A DNA stretch of 64,000 nt from the NCBI GenBank assembly GCA_963722435.1, contig CAVRKZ010000001.1:1396672-1460671 (forward strand), read 5' to 3'. This DNA comes from an uncultured Solirubrobacteraceae bacterium. Lineage in GTDB: Bacteria > Actinomycetota > Thermoleophilia > Solirubrobacterales > Solirubrobacteraceae. The notes beneath the pieces were generated by a model. That model worked only from the letters and a program-made list of their open reading frames with translations, ran no database searches and was not told where the DNA came from. This document shows positions 61,405 to 64,000 of the stretch, piece after piece; positions within the stretch are counted from its first letter, which is position 1; every line of letters starts with the position of its first letter. Made by a program: the position numbers and the translations under genes.

Positions 61405-62463
61405 GTGGATCGCGAGTCGCTCCTGCAGCAGCCCGATGTGCTCCGCGCGAGCAAGCGGCGTGGAGATGCTCGCTACGTGCTCGGCGTGGATGGCGGCGCA
61501 ACGAAGACGCTCGCCGCGGTCTACGACATGCGCGAGCAACGCCTTCACCTGGGGCACGGCGGGCCGAGTAACGAGGACGCGGTGGGCGCAAAGGCCGCCG
61601 TCCAGGCCCTGCTGAGCGCAGCGGAGGAGGCGATTCAAGGAGCTGGCATCGGCGCTTCGCAGCTGGGCGCAGCGGTGCTCGCGATCGCGGGCACGGACAC
61701 GCAGGACGTGGCCGAGCACGTGCGCTCGGCGCGCACGGAGGCATGGGTGGTCGTAAACGACGTCGTCGCCGCGTGGGCGAGCGCGACGGGCGGCGGTCCC
61801 GGCGTGGCGGTGATCGCCGGCACGGGCTCAAACGTCTTTGGCGTGGGTCCCAGCGCGGGAGACGGCGCGGCTGCCCGCGCCTGGCGCGCCGGTGGGTGGG
61901 GCCACATCCTGGGGGACGAGGGCTCCGGCTACTGGCTGGGCGTGCAGTCGCTCAAGGCGGCGCTTCGTGACCGCGAGCGCTCGGGGCCGGCGACGGCTCT
62001 GAGCGACGCGCTGGTGGCCTTCTTCGGCGAGCCGAGCGTCGAGGCGGTCGCGCAGAGGGTCTACACCAAGCCGCTCAGCAAGGGCGAGATCGCGGCGTTC
62101 GCAATCGAAACGGGGAGGCTCGCCGAGCGCGGCGACGCCGTCGCGCGCGAGCTCTACGAGCGGGGCGCCGGCGAGCTCGGAGAGCAGGTCGCCGCGGTTC
62201 TGCGCCAGACGGGCCTGGCGGAGGAGAACGGCGAGGATGGCTTCCCCGTGGGATTGATCGGAAGCGCCTTCAAGGCCGGGGCAGTGTTCGTCGAGCCACT
62301 CACGCGCGCGATCCACGCGTGCGCGCCGGTTGCGCGGGTGAGCACCGTGCAGATGGCGCCCGTGGGCGGCAGCCTGCTGCTGGCTGCGTGCGCATGTGGA
62401 CTCAAGGACGCCGTAGACGCGCGGGTGCTCGAGCCGCTGATCGACGCAGCGCTTGGCGACTGA
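61405..62463 (+). CDS. BadF/BadG/BcrA/BcrD-type N-acetylglucosamine kinase-like protein
   Basis: LGVDGGATKT, VVND, IAGTGS, GGWGHILGDEGSGY. Confidence 0.92.
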   Translation: MDRESLLQQPDVLRASKRRGDARYVLGVDGGATKTLAAVYDMREQRLHLGHGGPSNEDAVGAKAAVQALLSAAEEAIQGAGIGASQLGAAVLAIAGTDTQDVAEHVRSARTEAWVVVNDVVAAWASATGGGPGVAVIAGTGSNVFGVGPSAGDGAAARAWRAGGWGHILGDEGSGYWLGVQSLKAALRDRERSGPATALSDALVAFFGEPSVEAVAQRVYTKPLSKGEIAAFAIETGRLAERGDAVARELYERGAGELGEQVAAVLRQTGLAEENGEDGFPVGLIGSAFKAGAVFVEPLTRAIHACAPVARVSTVQMAPVGGSLLLAACACGLKDAVDARVLEPLIDAALGD

Positions 62464-62576
62464 GGCCGGCGCGCCGATCGAGCGCGAGCGCGATCGCTGC
62501 CGGCTCCTCGGCATCCGTCCAAGCGTCGTTTCAGGATTCATGGCCCCCGTGAGGGTGGCCGATCACAAACGACAGC

Positions 62577-64000
62577 GTGGACGGCTCGAGCACACAGGAC
62601 GGCCAGGATCTCGCACTGGGGGCCGAGGCGCTGCTGCGCGAGCACCCCGACGCGCTCGTCTGTGGCCTCGCGAGCAACGGCCTGATCGTTCCGGTCCCGA
62701 ACACGATCGGTCTGTGGGGCCAAAGCCTCGTCGAGGGACGCGCGCTCGTCGATAACGTCGTCGCCGCCGACCGCGCAGCGGTTGTACGGCTGTGGCTGCG
62801 CGCTCGAGAAGAGGGCGCGGCGAGTACGAAAGTGCGGCTGCTGCGTCAACCCAAGACGTGGATGAAGCTCTACTTCCTCGATCTTCGCGAGCTACACGGC
62901 GTGCTTCTGGGGGTGATCATCCCGGTGGAGGACGACTCGAAGAATGACGGTGACGCTGAGGAGGAGGAGCTCGCGCCCGCCGCGCCCCGCTTTTGCTCGC
63001 TGATGGAGGACGAGTCGGCGCACGTGCTCGGCTGCGACCGCGCCTTCACGGAGATGTTCGGATACACCGAGCAGGAGCTGCTCGGCAACTCCGTGCTCGA
63101 GCAGATCCACCCCGACGACCAGGGGCGCGCCGTCGAAGGCTGGCTCGCGGTGGTCTCGACCGGACGAGACCAGCACACGCGCCTGCGCCGCCGGCGCAAG
63201 GACGGCACGTGGATGTGGGTCGATACGACGCTTCACAATCTGCTCAACCACCCCGACTGCAACCACGTGCTCGTGGAGATGATCGATATCTCGGCAGAGA
63301 TGCGCGCCCAGGAGGCGCTCCAGGAACGCGAGGAGCTGCTGCGCCGGCTCACCGCCGCTGTCCCGGTCGGGCTGCTGCACATGGACACCGAGCGCAAGGT
63401 CGTCTACCACAACGCGCGCCTGCTCGAGATCCTGCACGGCGCGGGCGCCGACGAACAGCTCGAGCGAGAGTGGGTCGCAGCAGATGCGAGCGAGTCCTCC
63501 CCGAGTCGATTGATGGCCGGCGAGCTCTTGCGCACCGTGCGCGAGAAGAGCATGGCCGAGCTCGACGAGGCACTCGAGCAGGTTCTGGGCGAGGGCGTTG
63601 ATCGCGATCTCGAGGTCGACCTCACGCTGCCCTCGGGCGCTTGGCGGCGCGCCCTGATGAGCCTTCGCGCGCTGCTGCGCCCGAGCGGAGAGGTGATGGG
63701 GGCGATCAGCTGCGTGCTCGACATCACCGACAGCGCGCGTGCGCGGCGCGAGCTCGAGCACCGGGCGACCTTCGACCCCCTGACCCACTGCCACAACCGC
63801 TCCTCGGTGCTCGGCACCCTCGAGCGTGAGCTCGCCCGCGAGGACTCGCCCATCACCGGCGTCGTCTACGTTGACCTGGACGAATTCAAGCCCGTCAACG
63901 ACAAGCTCGGGCACGCGGCCGGCGATGAGCTGCTGGTGCTCGTGGCCGAGCGATTGAAGCTAGTGAGTCGCGACAGCGACGTCGTCGGGCGCTTGGGCGG
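62577..64000 (+). CDS. PAS-domain diguanylate cyclase (runs off the window end)
   Basis: Manual translation from GTG 62577: PAS (IHPDD, RKDGTWMWV), FDPLTHCHNR, VDLDEFKPVNDKLGHAAGDELL, DVVGRLG at the window edge. Confidence 0.88.
   Translation, partial: MDGSSTQDGQDLALGAEALLREHPDALVCGLASNGLIVPVPNTIGLWGQSLVEGRALVDNVVAADRAAVVRLWLRAREEGAASTKVRLLRQPKTWMKLYFLDLRELHGVLLGVIIPVEDDSKNDGDAEEEELAPAAPRFCSLMEDESAHVLGCDRAFTEMFGYTEQELLGNSVLEQIHPDDQGRAVEGWLAVVSTGRDQHTRLRRRRKDGTWMWVDTTLHNLLNHPDCNHVLVEMIDISAEMRAQEALQEREELLRRLTAAVPVGLLHMDTERKVVYHNARLLEILHGAGADEQLEREWVAADASESSPSRLMAGELLRTVREKSMAELDEALEQVLGEGVDRDLEVDLTLPSGAWRRALMSLRALLRPSGEVMGAISCVLDITDSARARRELEHRATFDPLTHCHNRSSVLGTLERELAREDSPITGVVYVDLDEFKPVNDKLGHAAGDELLVLVAERLKLVSRDSDVVGRLG

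Overview
Very GC-rich actinobacterial DNA. Protein features and gene content point to Thermoleophilia/Solirubrobacterales (inference). Bases 1-37,000 hold the core translation/transcription supercluster on the minus strand: alpha, spc and S10 operons, tuf, fusA, rpsG-rpsL, rpoC-rpoB, rplL-J-A-K, nusG, secE and rpmG. Accessory genes interrupt it: an MFS-MarR pair splits the str operon, a DMT and a HAD gene sit between rpsL and rpoC, and a methyltransferase sits between rplL and rpoB. Bases 37,000-64,000 are mixed housekeeping and accessory genes, including clpP with a hybrid RHH-HTH regulator, pgsA, folE2, a group-2 sigma70, tRNA-Tyr, tRNA-Thr, MMPL/MarR, GH79- and GH76-like hydrolases, sugar kinases, greA and two diguanylate cyclases. 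I found no CRISPR array, integrase or transposase. The most notable signals are: (1) an attenuator-like leader with uORFs and a U7 terminator just upstream of fusA-tuf; (2) two copies of a stop-codon-anchored hairpin repeat element, one inserted between rplF and rplR with a 17-bp duplication and a 43-aa ORF that preserves ATGA coupling; (3) long acidic, bipolar or RGG disordered extensions on many ribosomal proteins, including a ~195-aa acidic tail on uL10; (4) an RHH-HTH regulator upstream of clpP with tandem 8-bp boxes over its promoter; (5) a short anti-Shine-Dalgarno RNA or leader before a BadF-type kinase.
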